The notes under the pieces: generated by a model
What the model saw: only the letters and a program-made list of their open reading frames with translations
Databases searched by the model: none
What the model was told of the DNA's origin: nothing
Shown: positions 28,801 to 42,476 of the stretch, piece after piece
Numbering within the stretch: the first letter of the stretch is position 1
How the letters are laid out: each line of letters opens with the position of its first letter
DNA from: Cirrosporium novae-zelandiae
Taxonomy: Eukaryota
Length of the DNA stretch: 64,000 nucleotides
Reading direction: 5' to 3'
NCBI GenBank assembly: GCA_026023565.1
Contig: JAPETS010000016.1
Location: 62,001 to 126,000, forward strand
Translations under genes and position numbers: made by a program

Positions 28801-29691
28801 GAAAATGTACCCCAGAGGAATCCAGTTCAAGAATCGGAGGAGGGTTTCTAGCGTTGCCTTGATGAGACTGGGTTGATCGGCGGTACTCAGGACCTCGGAA
28901 CACAGCTGAAAAATCGGAGAGAATTCATTGCACATTTCGTTCTTCAGGTTCTTAACTTTAGTTGAGGTCATCTGCTCAGCGGAGTAATCAAAAATTTCCT
29001 CCGATAACAGTCTTAAGATGACCATGTTATTTTCGCATATTGAGAGACTCGTATGGCAGGATGAAATGATTTCGTTGATGAAAGTCGGCCAATTTGTTGG
29101 CCATTCCTGCTTAAGTATAGATACCAGAACAAGGTTCAGTTTGTTAAGAAAAGCCTTTTGGGTCTTGAGGGTTGCTTCATCGCTGGAGGTTTGGATGATG
29201 AACGAGACAACGAAGTTGCGGATACCTATGTGAATGGTAAGCTGTTTCCGAAATTACTACTCAAAAACGTAGCAGGAATCGGCATACCCTGGCATTGCTC
29301 TCGTGGAAGGACTTTCCATCTTGTCCCAATTACACCGTCAAGTACTTGTAATCCCAAGACTAAAACTGGTCAGCCTTGTAGAACAGCGGCAAATAAAATA
29401 TACTTGCATTTTGTCTGAGGATATGCTGCTTCTTGCAGGATCTTATCAACCAGCAACCAGGCGTCTGGATTTTCCTTGAACTATGCGATTTGTTAGCTCC
29501 CCAAGATATCAGTGTTAGGCCGAAGAAAGGTACTTGATTCAAGGTCTGCTGGGCTTTGGTTTGCTTTGGACACTAGATGTCAGCCTGATTCAAAACAAAA
29601 AAAGAGGTGAATCTGTAGAACATACAACGTCGCCTCTACCCTCATAGAAAGTCCGGACAGTATCGTCCAACTCCTGTATGCTCATAGCCAT
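25815..29691 (-). CDS. CRM1: Exportin-1 (Crm1/Xpo1/KapK), multi-exon
   Basis: [20 protein letters not shown] start; [75 protein letters not shown]-terminal [19 protein letters not shown] pieces are joined by GT-AG introns. Confidence 0.98.
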
Positions 29692-30874
29692 GTTGAAGGT
29701 ATCACCAGGTTGAAGTGCGCAGATTATGTCAAATGTGGAAGAAACGAGTAGTCCGCCACCGGCGGCCTATCTATGGCAAGATCTAACAGAAGCGATTCTA
29801 GAAGAGTCAAGAGAGCTAATATAAAGGTTCTCGGAGTTGTGGCTGTGGAATTTGGCCAGGATGACAAAGTAGGTGGGGTACAGCAAGGGTCTGCAAAGAT
29901 GGTTGCGGCACAGATAGAAGTGATGTAAATTCCAGAGGAGATAGTATTGGGAAGGCCCGTCAAGAATGTACGGAGGAAGGATAATGAGAGGTGTAGAAAG
30001 GACTAATGTTTGAAGTGGTTGAAGTTCAAGGAACCGGGTATCGCGTTTGAAGGTTCAGTTCAGTTCGCGATTAACGACTGCCGTGGTGGGTTGAATAGTA
30101 CACTTAGAGCAATTATTGGCGTCTCTGATGCCGACTTTAGTCAGCTGCCGTCTCAAGAAATTTAATACTGCGTTTCCGGTCCGCGACAGTACTAGAGCTT
30201 GTGCAAATTATTCACTCTTTAAGGAGAGCGCCCTTTCAGGATTTTATACATTTCATGATAATTCTAATTGCTTTGAACCTCTTTCATCTTAGTTAAACTG
30301 TTTCTTATGAAGATTACCATTTGCTTCCCATTTGAAATTTACACCTGAGGTATTACAAGCCAGTCAATCCAAGCTAGATAATCCCGAGACATAATCATTT
30401 GGTCTGAAACCAAATGATAGTCGGGGCAAGATTATATATGATAGTTATGTCCTTAGATTTCTGTGAGTATGTAGAACAATGTAGATCCCATGTCACGGCG
30501 CCTTTCTAAGGTTTGTGTCAGCCATAGTATAGAATAGAAGACTAGCTGATTGATTCTGTTGTTGTATCTGAGGACCTTTAAAATCCTTTGTCTAAACTCC
30601 TCGAACAGTATAACAAAGCCACCCTTTTGTTTCCATTTCAGCACTCCAGCGTGAAATAATTAATATCTTCAACCTGTCAAGATGCACGGAATCACAACAA
30701 GAACCAAAACCAACCCAAGCAAGATTAGCGATCTTTGAGCCTATATAACATGGGAATCATAAGCACTCTAGGGTCTAGTCATATCTAGGAATATCTCAAA
30801 ACCAGGTGGTATCAGATGCCCAAAACCATACAGCATTCGAAAGTTAATGATCGTGATCTAAATCGTGTAGAAGT

Positions 30875-32302
30875 TTATAGGTTTGCTTTAAATTTACCTG
30901 TTGTCATCGGCCAACATCCCTCTTCGTAGATATTCCACGCGTTTTCTACCTCCTTCTCGCAATCATAACCAAACAAATACTCCTGGAAAACGGGATCCCT
31001 CCATCGGTTTGGGTATCCTTCAAAAGGTGCGTTCTGGTGTTCCACCAGCTGTCTATCTCGCTCTTTTTGTAGGTCGCCATCTGGAAAATGAAAGATGTCG
31101 CGGAGATTCGTGGAGCCTTTGACCACTCGTGTAGTGCGTGGCTTACGCATGAATTCATAAATAGTAAGGATATCCGGGATCTGAGAGGAGTGTTGTATTC
31201 GACCTAGGAGTAGGCCAAGAACAGCACCGTCCTCAACTGCTTGAGCAGCACCTTGGGCTCTATATAACATTAACTCACCAGGTCTTCAAGACGCCAAGAT
31301 TATGGAAATGCTTACAGGTATGGTAGTGTAGCATGAACAGCATCCCCAAGCATCGTGAATTTCCCACCCGGGTGACTCCAAGAGTGGAGCTCAACGCTAT
31401 TCTGAAGTCGCCATTTGCTTGTATCCTGTACAAGATCCAGCAAAGCTCGAAGTTTTGGATCCCAATTTTTGAAAAATTCCCGCATTTCGGAAAGATCAGC
31501 TTTCTGAGCGTTAACCAGCTGGGGCAAATTATCAGGACAGACCAGGACGATGTTGTATAACCCCCCACCTTTCAAAAGATAGCACACTGCATGTCCTGAA
31601 GGTCCCATCCAATAATTAATTGCAGGCCGAGCAACAAGATCCCCAAGGAGGGGATGCTTAGCCATATCAGATGCCTTGATGGTAATCCGGTAGGCTAGAT
31701 CGCCTGTTAACTTTGGCGGATCAGGGCGACCTAACAGAGCTTCTCTACAAACTGATTTGAGTCCGTCTGCACCGACAACGAGGTCGGCCCGAAATTTTGG
31801 CTTTCCTTTTCGGTATACAATAGGAGTTTGAAAATTAATACCTGTTACGATAGAGCTGAGCTCAATATTTACCCCCAGGCGTTGAGCCAATGAGACGAGG
31901 ATTTTATGGTACTCGGCTCGATGGATGTGAAGGTAAGGGGAGCCATAACGATCAATGGCATAGGGAAGCATATTTTGTATCGAGAGGACCCGGCCATCTC
32001 GATAAGATCGCAGTATAAAATCATGCGGCCGTACAGACGCAGCTTCTATCTCCGGAAGGATACCCCATCGGTTAAGAATGCGAGAAGAATTGGGCGGTAT
32101 TTGAATCCCTGCACCAACCTGAAGAAACAAATTAGCCGCGATAAAATTGGAGAACCAGTGATGGGAAAAAATAAACCTCGCCAAGTTGAGGAGCTTGTTC
32201 CAAAATGGTGACCATGTGTCCTGCCTTTCTGATGGATATAGCAGCAGCCAGCCCACCCAGTCCAGCACCAATGACAGCAACATGTAGACTAGGCTTTGAC
32301 AT
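30875..32302 (-). CDS. FAD-dependent monooxygenase, salicylate hydroxylase-like (3 exons)
   Basis: GAGLGGL Rossmann motif, VGADGLKS DG motif and LGDAVHATLPYLAQGAAQAVEDG GD motif. Introns 32119-32176 and 31260-31315. Confidence 0.93.
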
Positions 32303-35300
32303 TTTCACGAATGTTAACACTAATCTAGAAATGGATTAGGATGAGTATGTTCTATATCGCTAAACGCTCAAATAACAATTGCAATAGCAATCAAGGGACA
32401 AGAAAAGACGCAATCAGAGGAGAGAAAGGCTCTGTTCTTCATATGGTATAGCAAGGATATTCACTGAAGTCTATGTAAGTGAATGTAGGTCACTTTATAC
32501 AAGGTAGTGAATGGAAGGGAAAGCCGAGATGAAGAATGGCTGGAACTGAAAGCCACCATAGGTCTAGGATCGCAACAACATGACAGAGAGCATAGATGCC
32601 GGTCGGCTTATGGGGGGTAAATAGGGATTCATATCTGAAGTGTGGATCTGGTGGAGAACCAGAGGATAAAGTAGAGCTTGGAGGAGAGCTTCGCAGAGAA
32701 GATGCAGAAATGAGATTCGTGAAGTCAGACGCGGTTGGTCAGTGCGGGAGCGGGGAAGAATGTTGAAGCGATGATTGAAAGCGATGACCACTGGGCGGGA
32801 ATCAATACCGGCAATCCGCTATACTCCAGTACTTAGCAGTACTCAACAGTACAGCCATCATCATCATCATATTTACTGCCAACAACTCATCCAATTATGC
32901 GGTGCTAATATGTGGTTAATACCCAGCCCGAGCGAAGCTATTTCAACATCATCCTCCCTTCATTGTACTGGACAAGCTACGCGCTAACATTTACTGTTTT
33001 TGGTAGAAATACATATCTGACATTCTTGTCCTACAAATAGAGAGGATATTTATGGAGTTAGTTGGCTAAATAACATGAGTTGAGAGAAGATGTTGAGATA
33101 AAACTTCATAAAACATAACTAGGGATCTTTGTTTATCGAACATGGAAGGTTATGGAATGCCTCGTTGGTAACGATGCTCCTTGTTGGCTGGATAAGATCT
33201 GGAATAAAAGAACATCACTTGCATGTTTCTACAGGCGAAGGTAGGGTCGCATCTTCGATGGTGCATTCGTTTAATTCTGCGCGCGTGTAAATACACCATG
33301 AAAGATGCAACCCTCTCTTCAAGCCTTCAAGCCTTAAAGCCAACGCTCCCTTTTTTGAGTATATTCCTAGGTTGATTATTTCCCGATCTATCGGAAAACA
33401 TGTTCCTATACTCAGGGAGGTTCCATGAATTTCATATCTTAGCCTTAAAAGAAGTGAGAGGGGCTCGAAGGAGTATGTAACTAGACTAGACTCACATTAT
33501 CAAGAGAAATAAGAAATGACGTATGAAATCTGGACCCCCCCACAGCTCTCCTTGCATACCATTTGTAAATTTATTCTCTTGGCGTCTTGTTCTCGATTAA
33601 CTTCGGATAGCGGCCTTGGAGGACAGATGAGGTCGTAATTAACCAACATGGATTCTAGCACCAGAATGGTAACCTCCTGCTGACCTCGTAGTGCTTGTTT
33701 GGAGGGTTTCACAATTCAGCGATTGCGCGTTTGTGCGTACTAGATAGATGCAAGAGCATGGTGTTTAGTTGCGACACTGCATAAAAAGTAGTCCTCTTGA
33801 TGCTCTTGATATTACACGAACTCGGAGTAGCCCGTAAAATTTGATAGCCTTATATATGATACACTTATATACTCATCTTACTTGGGACAGCGATTCGGTC
33901 CGAAAAGCGAGAGATGCCTATCTGGGGATTATTCAGACTGTTTCACTATTCCACAGTTCCACCATATGTGATGTTTTATTTACTCTTAAAATGCAAGAGG
34001 TTGGGATACTATCAGGATTCAATTGGGATTCTGCAAGGCAGTTAGCTTCCTAATAGAGACTGTAGATTGTCTATGGTTCGGGTCAAAGCCCCCAGCCTTG
34101 GACAGTTAAGTATGTAACCGCACTTGTGTAATTAGTATAACAAGTGCTACCACCAATATGCAGAGCTGGAGAGAAGGGAGCCTCTGTCCGGAGGGGGGGG
34201 GGGGGGGAGAAGGCGTAGAAGAAGAATTTTGCATAATTAGTCTATAAAAGAAAGATTACTATAATACTAGACGAGATAACAAAGAGGATAGATGCAGCGT
34301 TTATCGTTTATAGTGGAACCAAACATGTGAAAAAAAAAAAAGCGCAAAGGCGCATGCCAAGCGCAGGAGTAGGAGAATGCCTCGAGGTCACACAGATCTA
34401 GCAAGCATCATAGTCTTCGGGGAATCTACCTGAACGATAGAAAGCCCTTGTCAGAACATGGCATCTATGATCTTCTAGCATCTATGTGGCGGCAAGGGTA
34501 CAGGGTCTTCTTCATTCTGGGGTCAAATGCCAAATAGAAAGGAGGCTATGGGACTCTGGGGAAGTGAACTTTGCTAACCTGCTAGGTACATGGTCACCAG
34601 TGCTCATCAGTACATGTAAGCGTGCTATTTTACGAGTGCCGCTCAGCTGCTTGTGGTATTCTGTTAAGGTACTGGGTATGTGTGTGATACATGGAACGGC
34701 CTCGAACTAATCAGTAGTACTATGTGGTAGATGGTTATTTTTCGCAACTGAGACAGGACATACCGATGATTGAGCATGTATGTAGCCTTGCTGCGTGCGT
34801 TTTAAAAGGACTTTTTTAGGATCATCTGTGTGAAAGGATGAGGGAGCTGTCATGTTCTACCAATGTATGTAGGAGATTACCAAGATGGAAGAAGCCTTTT
34901 CAAATCCATGGATTATTACTCTATGAAGAAACTTAGAGGCTCAGAATTTTCCCAACTTTCTAGAATTTCCAACTCTTAGTTTCTAATTATTCCTTGAATT
35001 AATTCCCCTTGCATTCATATCACTTTCATGAAATTTCTAGATAGCCACTACCAACTTTATGGCCCCCACCTAATGATTTGGCAATGAATAATGTTGGTTT
35101 TGTTTCTTTTTTTTTTAAATAAGTTGTCCCGTATCGTAACATGAGAGGTCAACAGATCGCAGATTTCAGAGACAAAAGAGCGCTTGTCCTTACCTTAGAT
35201 GGCAAAGGCATGAATCATCCTTTCCGATTTTTTGGTCAACATGGTCCAACGCCAGCGAACTGTTAATTAGCACTGTGCTGAAATGCCAGGAAGGAAGGCC

Positions 35301-36539
35301 CATTATGCCAGTCACGCACATGGTGTTTTATTCTATCACTCTTAAAATCCTAAAGTCCTAACGAATCCATTAAAGGGCCTTGCAGCAAAGTGTAGCTTCA
35401 AAGTAAGAGCATTTTCTTACAACCGGTAACTTTCATTAGACAGGAGATGCTTGGATGATTCCCCACACACAATGACATCGAACAAAAAAATAAAAAAATA
35501 ATTGGAAAATTCAAAAAGTCTTTAATCCCTTTTGTTGCCCCCCCCCCCCCAAAACAAATAGCAGAACAAATAGCAGCAATAAGCAGCAATAGCCATCAAT
35601 AGCCATCAATAGCCAGCAATAGCAGCCCACTTGTTCGCCGCCGTTCACCTGGTTCAGATCACTGGTCACCGTCGTCAGTGGCACACACACATCTTCAATT
35701 TTCGGTGCACAAGCTTCGTTGAGGAAAGCGTCGCCAATTCTATTGTTCAACCCAATAATCCAATCCCCCAAAAATCCACGGAGATGTAAGGCCCCGTACA
35801 GTCCGTATAGTCCGTATCCACTTGCTTTGTTTGCGCCCACAATACTATTTGTCCATTGCTCAGCTTGAGTTCGACCCGTCATCTGTGCACCGTTACAAGA
35901 GCGTTTGCTTTGGAGCGTTATTCAACCACTCGAACGGATAAATATCTGATATGCCCCGCTACGCTTTATTTATCCTTGGCTATCACCATATGGGGACCCA
36001 TCTACCGTGACCTGATGGTTTATCATTTTCCTAATTCAAAATTGAGTAAATAACACGGACGATACAATAATATATGCCATCATCTATCGATTATGGGGTG
36101 AATAGAATCATGCGAGGTATTAGCGAAATTATAGATCGGCAACCGGAGGCTTGTACAATGTAAGCTGTTGATGCTTGAGTACCACGATGAGTCTCAACAA
36201 GGTGTGACTCTATTAGTAGCCTGTCAGTTTGCTTTTCTTGGGTCTGGGGCCCTGGACATTGGAAAGAGGATTACCAGCGAATGAACTGCTGTTACTACTT
36301 ATGCGCGAATATTCCGCCAGATACGTCCGCGTGCATTGTGGGGGGCCTCTTTTCTCGTTGATGGTACTGAACATAGGCAGTTTCATACCCTCGCGGCTCT
36401 AATTTGCCCAGTCAGATGATTCCCATTGTAAATAATTATATTATGTTGACATTTCCATCGAATTGTCACTCATCCAACAACTTATTCTTTTAATTGGTTT
36501 GGAGTTTGTTTGTGCGGTTGAAGAGAAGGACTTTTGATA

Positions 36540-36878
36540 ATGGCTCACGATCTCAATGGGAGTTCAAGTGGGGGCGGAAATCTGACAAGGCAGCAAGCCT
36601 TAGCCATCGTCAGAGATAGTGACAGTGGGCAAGTTGATATCAGCATTACTCGCTTTCTGGAGGGTGAGATCGATGACATCTGGAGACGAATTCAAGCTCA
36701 ACCCAATACTTATGTCATGAGCGAAGATGAGTTCGCCGTATTCAATTACTTCAGAGCCAGATTCAGAAGAGGAGCAGACGATTCCATCGCTGCTAGCGCT
36801 GTCAAACGGTTCTGGGATCATTATAAACTTACTCATCCGACGATTGATGGTCATTTTGATCCTGATCATTCCAGCTGA
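36540..36878 (+). CDS. Small hypothetical protein (112 aa)
   Basis: Single-exon ORF with globular, helical-looking composition (IWRRIQAQPNTYVMSEDEFAVFNYFRARF...AVKRFWDH). Function unknown. Confidence 0.75.
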   Translation: MAHDLNGSSSGGGNLTRQQALAIVRDSDSGQVDISITRFLEGEIDDIWRRIQAQPNTYVMSEDEFAVFNYFRARFRRGADDSIAASAVKRFWDHYKLTHPTIDGHFDPDHSS

Positions 36879-37728
36879 CACTCGGTTGCACACACTAAGG
36901 TTGCATGAATAAGGTACAAATCTGAGCTCACTTCGCACAAGAACCCTGTGCTAGTGAAGAAATCTCACTAATGGTTGTAGGATTTCACCCTTTCATCACA
37001 CAAATAACTTCAATCTATACTTCATCCTCGCCCCTGATGTTCCAAGCCTTGATCTCGAACTTACGGGTTCACTCTACTTCTGCCGCTATTTAGAACACAG
37101 CCGTCAAGCCTAGCGCTCATGAGCTGCGTTCTGAAATGGATTTTTTGCTATTCCGCCAGTATCCGCACCTATACACCATGTTCTTTGCCTCAGAGAAGTT
37201 TTACCTTTCGTCGACGTCTGTCTCCACTATGTTTAACGATACCCTTGTCGACGTATTGCCTGGTGTAGTATAGCCAGCTGTCTTGAGCCGTCTTTGGATC
37301 ACATTCATCCTCTACGATTGCCCGTTAATGCACCTGCTTAAGCAAACCAAGAGGTCTTGTCAAAAGTACCTCCTCGAGTCCTGCAGTCGATTCCTTTCTT
37401 TTGAGATTTTAGCGTATCCGTGGTTGTGGAACAAGCGGGAAGCTGCATTCTGAAGGTTGGAAATGGCCACTTTGAGGTTGCCCTTTTGGTGTTTATTTGG
37501 TAGTTTAAGGGAAATAAATTTCGGTCCCTTGCAGTATGGAACACAGCACAACGCAAGGCGTCGGCTGGCTGGAAGGAGATGCAAGCACTCTAAACGACAT
37601 GATAGTGCCTTAACTACCTATATTACCTTTCTTTTTTCGCTGCCTATGCTCAAACAGCCTGGATTCTCTCAATAAGAGAAACAGTCTCGTCTTTCAATTA
37701 GATTTGGCTTCATTCACACTCATTTAAG

Positions 37729-40198
37729 ATGCTTTACTTTCTTCGGCTTATTGCTTCAAGTCTTATACTCGTTGTATTGTTGTTCCTATTGCCTGAGAAA
37801 TGCCGAGCAACCCTGGATGGATCGTTTGCAGACTATCTACGAGCCTTGGGCATTCATGACTTAAAACGCATAATACCCCGACTGTCTCCGAGTTCTGACC
37901 CGGTCAGTTCTGCAAAAAAATGCATGTCTTCCTATATTCTAATCTTGATATAGACCATCACTCAAATATGTGGTTCGAATAGCATTTGTCAACAAGAAGT
38001 GTAAGTTGCTGGACCTTAAATATTCAACCAAGGCAGCGCCGGTCACAGTGCACAATTGTACTTGCCTACTATAAAAACGATGGCTTCCGCAAGGACCGCA
38101 TTAATAGGCCTTAATAGATGTGCCTCGACCATTCCCTTCGCGTGTGTAATACTGACTGCACAAAGACAGATGGATATATCTTGTTCCACGCCAGCCTATT
38201 GTCAAGTAAAGCTCGCAGAGCTAAACGCTTGCATTGCTCTTTTTGGGCAATCAGACTGTGCAGACTCTCAGTATGGCTATGACAACTGCCAAAATTTTGT
38301 GTATGAACCCAATAACAGGAATTTTGCACTTGACACTGAATCAACCTAGGAATTCAGCGTATATTTACTGCTCGTCATTTGAAGGGTGGCTCGATAATGC
38401 CAACTTTTTCAATTGTGCGAACATTCAATTACAGGTTAGCATACAATATGCTCAGTGTTTTGGAACGTCGACATCAAGTTCATTTCTCAGTTCAGCGTCT
38501 CTGAGTACGCAATCCACGTCTAACGCCACGACATTTCCTATTTCAGCTTCTACAAGTTTCGTATCCGCGACCAGATCAAAGTCCACTATGGTAACTTGGA
38601 CCAAATCGAGTACTCTAATGTCTTTACCATCCTCTACATTTACTGGAGAATTCACTAACACAACATCGTCGGGGCCCACGAGTAAGATTACTCTGTCAAG
38701 GCCAATCTCTACCACAATACCACCAAATTCAACGAGCTGGAGCAGCTTACCTAATTCAAATACAACAACTTTTCGACCTAATTCTAATTTGATTATTTCA
38801 AGTACTCTCATAAATTGGGCCTCTGTTAGTACTACACTTAATTCAATAATCTCCGCGACTACTATACGTCCGAGCCTGACTGCAAGTCCTTCCATATCTA
38901 ACACCACATCCCTAGTACGGGCAAACAATACTTCAATATCCTTCAACTTGATAACAAGCTCTCCAAGTTCAAGTAAAGTCTCGAACTCCAGCGTTAGATT
39001 GTCCGTAACAGGCATACTAAATTCCTCTGTCACAAATGCCCCACCGGTATCCCGGACTAGTTGGAATAATGCCTCAACTTCAGCTAATTATGCAAACAAT
39101 CTCTCGTCACTGAGGTCCGAGCCCACGAGTAGTGGCTTGAGCGTCTCGATCTCGTCAAGGATTTCGAGTGGCATACTGTCCCCAATATCAAGTCCCTTCC
39201 CCACCACAAATACATCCCTAAGCAGTGTGTTGTGGACGGTATCCCCGTCGTCAAACAAATCTTCGGGTACTCCTCTGTATACCACCTCTTCAATATTGCA
39301 TTCAAGCATCCTATTTTCAATATCGAGTCCCATTCCCACCTCCAATATGCCCGCCATCACTACCCCTACCTCCAATGTATCCATTACCACTACCACGATA
39401 TCAAAGGGCATCCCACGAAGTTCGATTCAAAGCATTTATTCTTCAACTCCACTAATGACAGGTGCCATGCCAACGAAGTCAGCCCACTTTTCCAGTGGGG
39501 CTTTTGTATCTAGAACTGTTAGTGTCTCAAATGGTGCCTCAAGATCATTCGAGATGAATTCTACTTCCACGATGACCACAAATCTAGTAGACCTTACAAA
39601 CAGACTCTCAATAGCCTCATCATTTTTCATGGGTGTGAACAGCATCACAGGCTCATTGACCATCAGTCTGCGGTCTGTTCTTAGTGGAGAGAGTTTGTCC
39701 GTAATTAGTTCTCCGTCATTTCCCACAAGTTGGAACAATACGTCGATCCCGTCGTCAACCGTGAGTATCAGCAACCTCCTGGCGACACCCTTCAGTTCGC
39801 CCAGGACAATTTCCACGCTTCAAGGGCACACGGCCTCTAGCGCTACCACAAGGATATCTCTAACCACAGTCATGGTGACGATGACATCAATGAGCTCGAG
39901 TAGTATTATTTACTCATCAGTCACCTCATCGACATCGTCCGTTACCACTAGCAATACAGCTTTACTGTTAATTGGCAGCAGCATCCCAAGTATGTCTCGC
40001 CCCGCAACTTCGGTTCCTCTTTCGACAGCATCTAGAGCTTACCCTCCTTTTCCTTATTCCTTTACACCACTACCATATTACCCACCACCACTCTCAAACC
40101 CTTTCATCACACCAAAGGAGAGAACAGTTAACACTGGGGTTTCAACTATAATTGTAACGATTACATCGACGATCGTAGGCCATACTCCCACCAGGTGA
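37729..40198 (+). CDS. Secreted protein with an N-terminal Cys-rich domain and a long Ser/Thr-rich mucin-like stalk
   Basis: Signal peptide MLYFLRLIASSLILVVLLFLL. Predicted introns 37903-37953, 38001-38165 and 38301-38349 join in frame to ORF 38234..40198. Many NxS/T sites. Confidence 0.75.
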
Positions 40199-41278
40199 AT
40201 TTCCATATTGGGTCAGAATACAAGCTTCAGTGAGAGTAGTGGTAGATAGAAATGTGGCAATATCAAATTTTACAGAAACAGGAAGTGGGAAGAAGGAGAA
40301 AACCGAATGGGAGCGGGAGATTTCGGGGGCAGGGGAAAAGATGAAGACTAGTAGAGGTGCCGCCTGATGGGCCTGGTGGAGGTAGGACTAGAGGTCGATA
40401 ACGACGCAGGGAGAGGAAGTTCGTACTCTTCTTCACATGCCCGGTAATTGCATTGTTTTGGAGTGTGAAGGACTAGAGTATGATTTATTGATATGTACTT
40501 GTGTATTCTCCTTCTTAATAGTTCTTTTCGCATTGGGTCATGTTGATTGGATAAGAAGGATTTGGAAACGAAGATGGAAACACAGAAGACCAATTTCCGG
40601 ACGAGGAATAGTATCTTGCTGTTCTTACGAATCGGAATCTGCTCCGTGCCAACTTCTAACGGGCATTATTCCCTGACGATACTTGCTATTTCCGAAGGCC
40701 TGAGGCTAGGGTAGCTGAGTAGGGAAATGCCCCAAGTGCTTCTTTTGCTCTCTAAATTAGGAAATCAAGAAGAAATCAGGAAACCTGACATAAAATTTGA
40801 CACATAGGCAGACACCCCCAAAAGGGGTCTAACCAATCCAATTCTCGGCATCCTACTCGGTCGGTATCAATTGCCTAAAACAAGTAATTTGTTGAACAAT
40901 TTTCATGTCTGAAACAAATCCTCCCCCATTGTCCCTTTGCCGTGACGAAATAATGAATTTTGATCATGCCAAGGGACTCCCTCCGGCTGTACTGATTTTC
41001 CGCTAATACCCAGCACTTCCTGTACACCGGGCATTCCCGCCCTTATCATTCTTTTCCCCGCTGTCATTTATCATCAACCCCTCTGTTTCCCAGCTCAACG
41101 TCATTTTTGACACCCCCTCCCAACCAGTCTTTGGCCCATCAAGAGTTTTTGATTTACAATTTCCTTTATTTTCAAGATCAATAACTTTAGTCTCTATTTC
41201 ATCTCTATTCTCATATTCTTTTTTTTTATCAATTGTTTCATCAAGAGTTGATTGTTGATTTCGGGTATAGGATTCATC

Positions 41279-42252
41279 ATGAGCCCTTCGGCAGTTGCAG
41301 ATGTCCAAGCTGAGGATGACACTATTGTATCCGAGACGAAAAAGATGGCTATAAGGAGTGAAGCCAAGCAAGAAAAGAAAGAACCAACTCCTCTCGAAAT
41401 ACAGTGCCACGGAGATGTTAAGTTGTCAGGTAGCTTCTATTTCTATCTCAAATCTCACATCATGTACATTGACTCCACATGTGCTCAGGAATCCCTCGAT
41501 TCTCAGACCCATATGAGCAAAGACAATGGCAACTGGAGCATATGGCCGGAGCATTCCGCGTCTTTAGCCGAAACGGCTTCACTGAAGGTCTGTCTGGTCA
41601 TATCACGGTCCGGGATCCTGTAGTCCCCAACGCATTCTGGATAAATCCTTTTGCCGTGCACTTTGGTCTTCTAAAGGCTTCCGATATGGTTCTCGTCGAC
41701 TTCGATGGAAATGTCATTGGTGGAAAAACGATGTCCCCCATAAATGCTGCAGGAGTCCAAATCCATACAGCGATCCATAAAGCGAGGCCAGATGTTCACG
41801 CAGCTTGCCATGCACATACAATCTATGGCCGTGCCTGGTCGGCATTTGCAAAACCATTGGATATGATTACTCAGGATGTCTGCAGTTTTTACAAGGCCCA
41901 CTCTGTATATGCCAGATATGGTGGAATTGCTCTGGCAGCCGAAGAAGGTGAGCGTATAGCAGCTGCTCTTGGCGCTCATAACAAGGGCTGCTTACTCATG
42001 AATCATGGGATCTTAACTGTGGGGAAGACTGTGGACGAGGCGGCGGCCTTGTTTGGGTTGATGGAGAGAAGCTGTCAGATTCAGCTGCAGGTAGAAGCTG
42101 CAGCTAAGCAAGGCGTTGAGAAGATGATTATTAGTGACGAAGAGGCGGAATATAACTTCAAATGGGCAAGCGACCCAGAAAACCTGTACTGGGAATTCCA
42201 GCCAGATTATAATTTTGAACTTGAGGCTAGTGGAGGAAAGTTGAAGGAGTGA
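41279..42252 (+). CDS. Class II aldolase/adducin-domain protein (2 exons)
   Basis: EGLSGHITVRDP, FWINPFAVHF, IHTAIHKARPDVHAACHAH and LMNHGILTVG metal-binding His motifs. Intron 41430-41488. Confidence 0.93.
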
Positions 42253-42476
42253 GGGACATAGCATAAAAGCATTATGCCAGGTCACCGCTCGGATTTCGAC
42301 TCTCCAGTCCCAAATAGAAGATTTGATCCACATCTCCGATTGAATTGGGGACCTTGCTCAATCATGTGCATATTTGCATAACAAACCCTGTTCCAGAAGG
42401 GTTTAGTTTTATTCGATGTATTTTCAGGTATAAAGGCTTAAGGTCATTTATATTTCACACGCCACCGCTATTTATC

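Noticed and set aside
34060..34100. GGTTCG motif suggesting a tRNA T-loop
   Set aside because: No cloverleaf stems can be formed around it.
30875..42252. Secondary-metabolite cluster around the monooxygenase and aldolase
   Set aside because: No PKS, NRPS, terpene synthase, transporter or cluster regulator, and the two enzymes are 9 kb apart.
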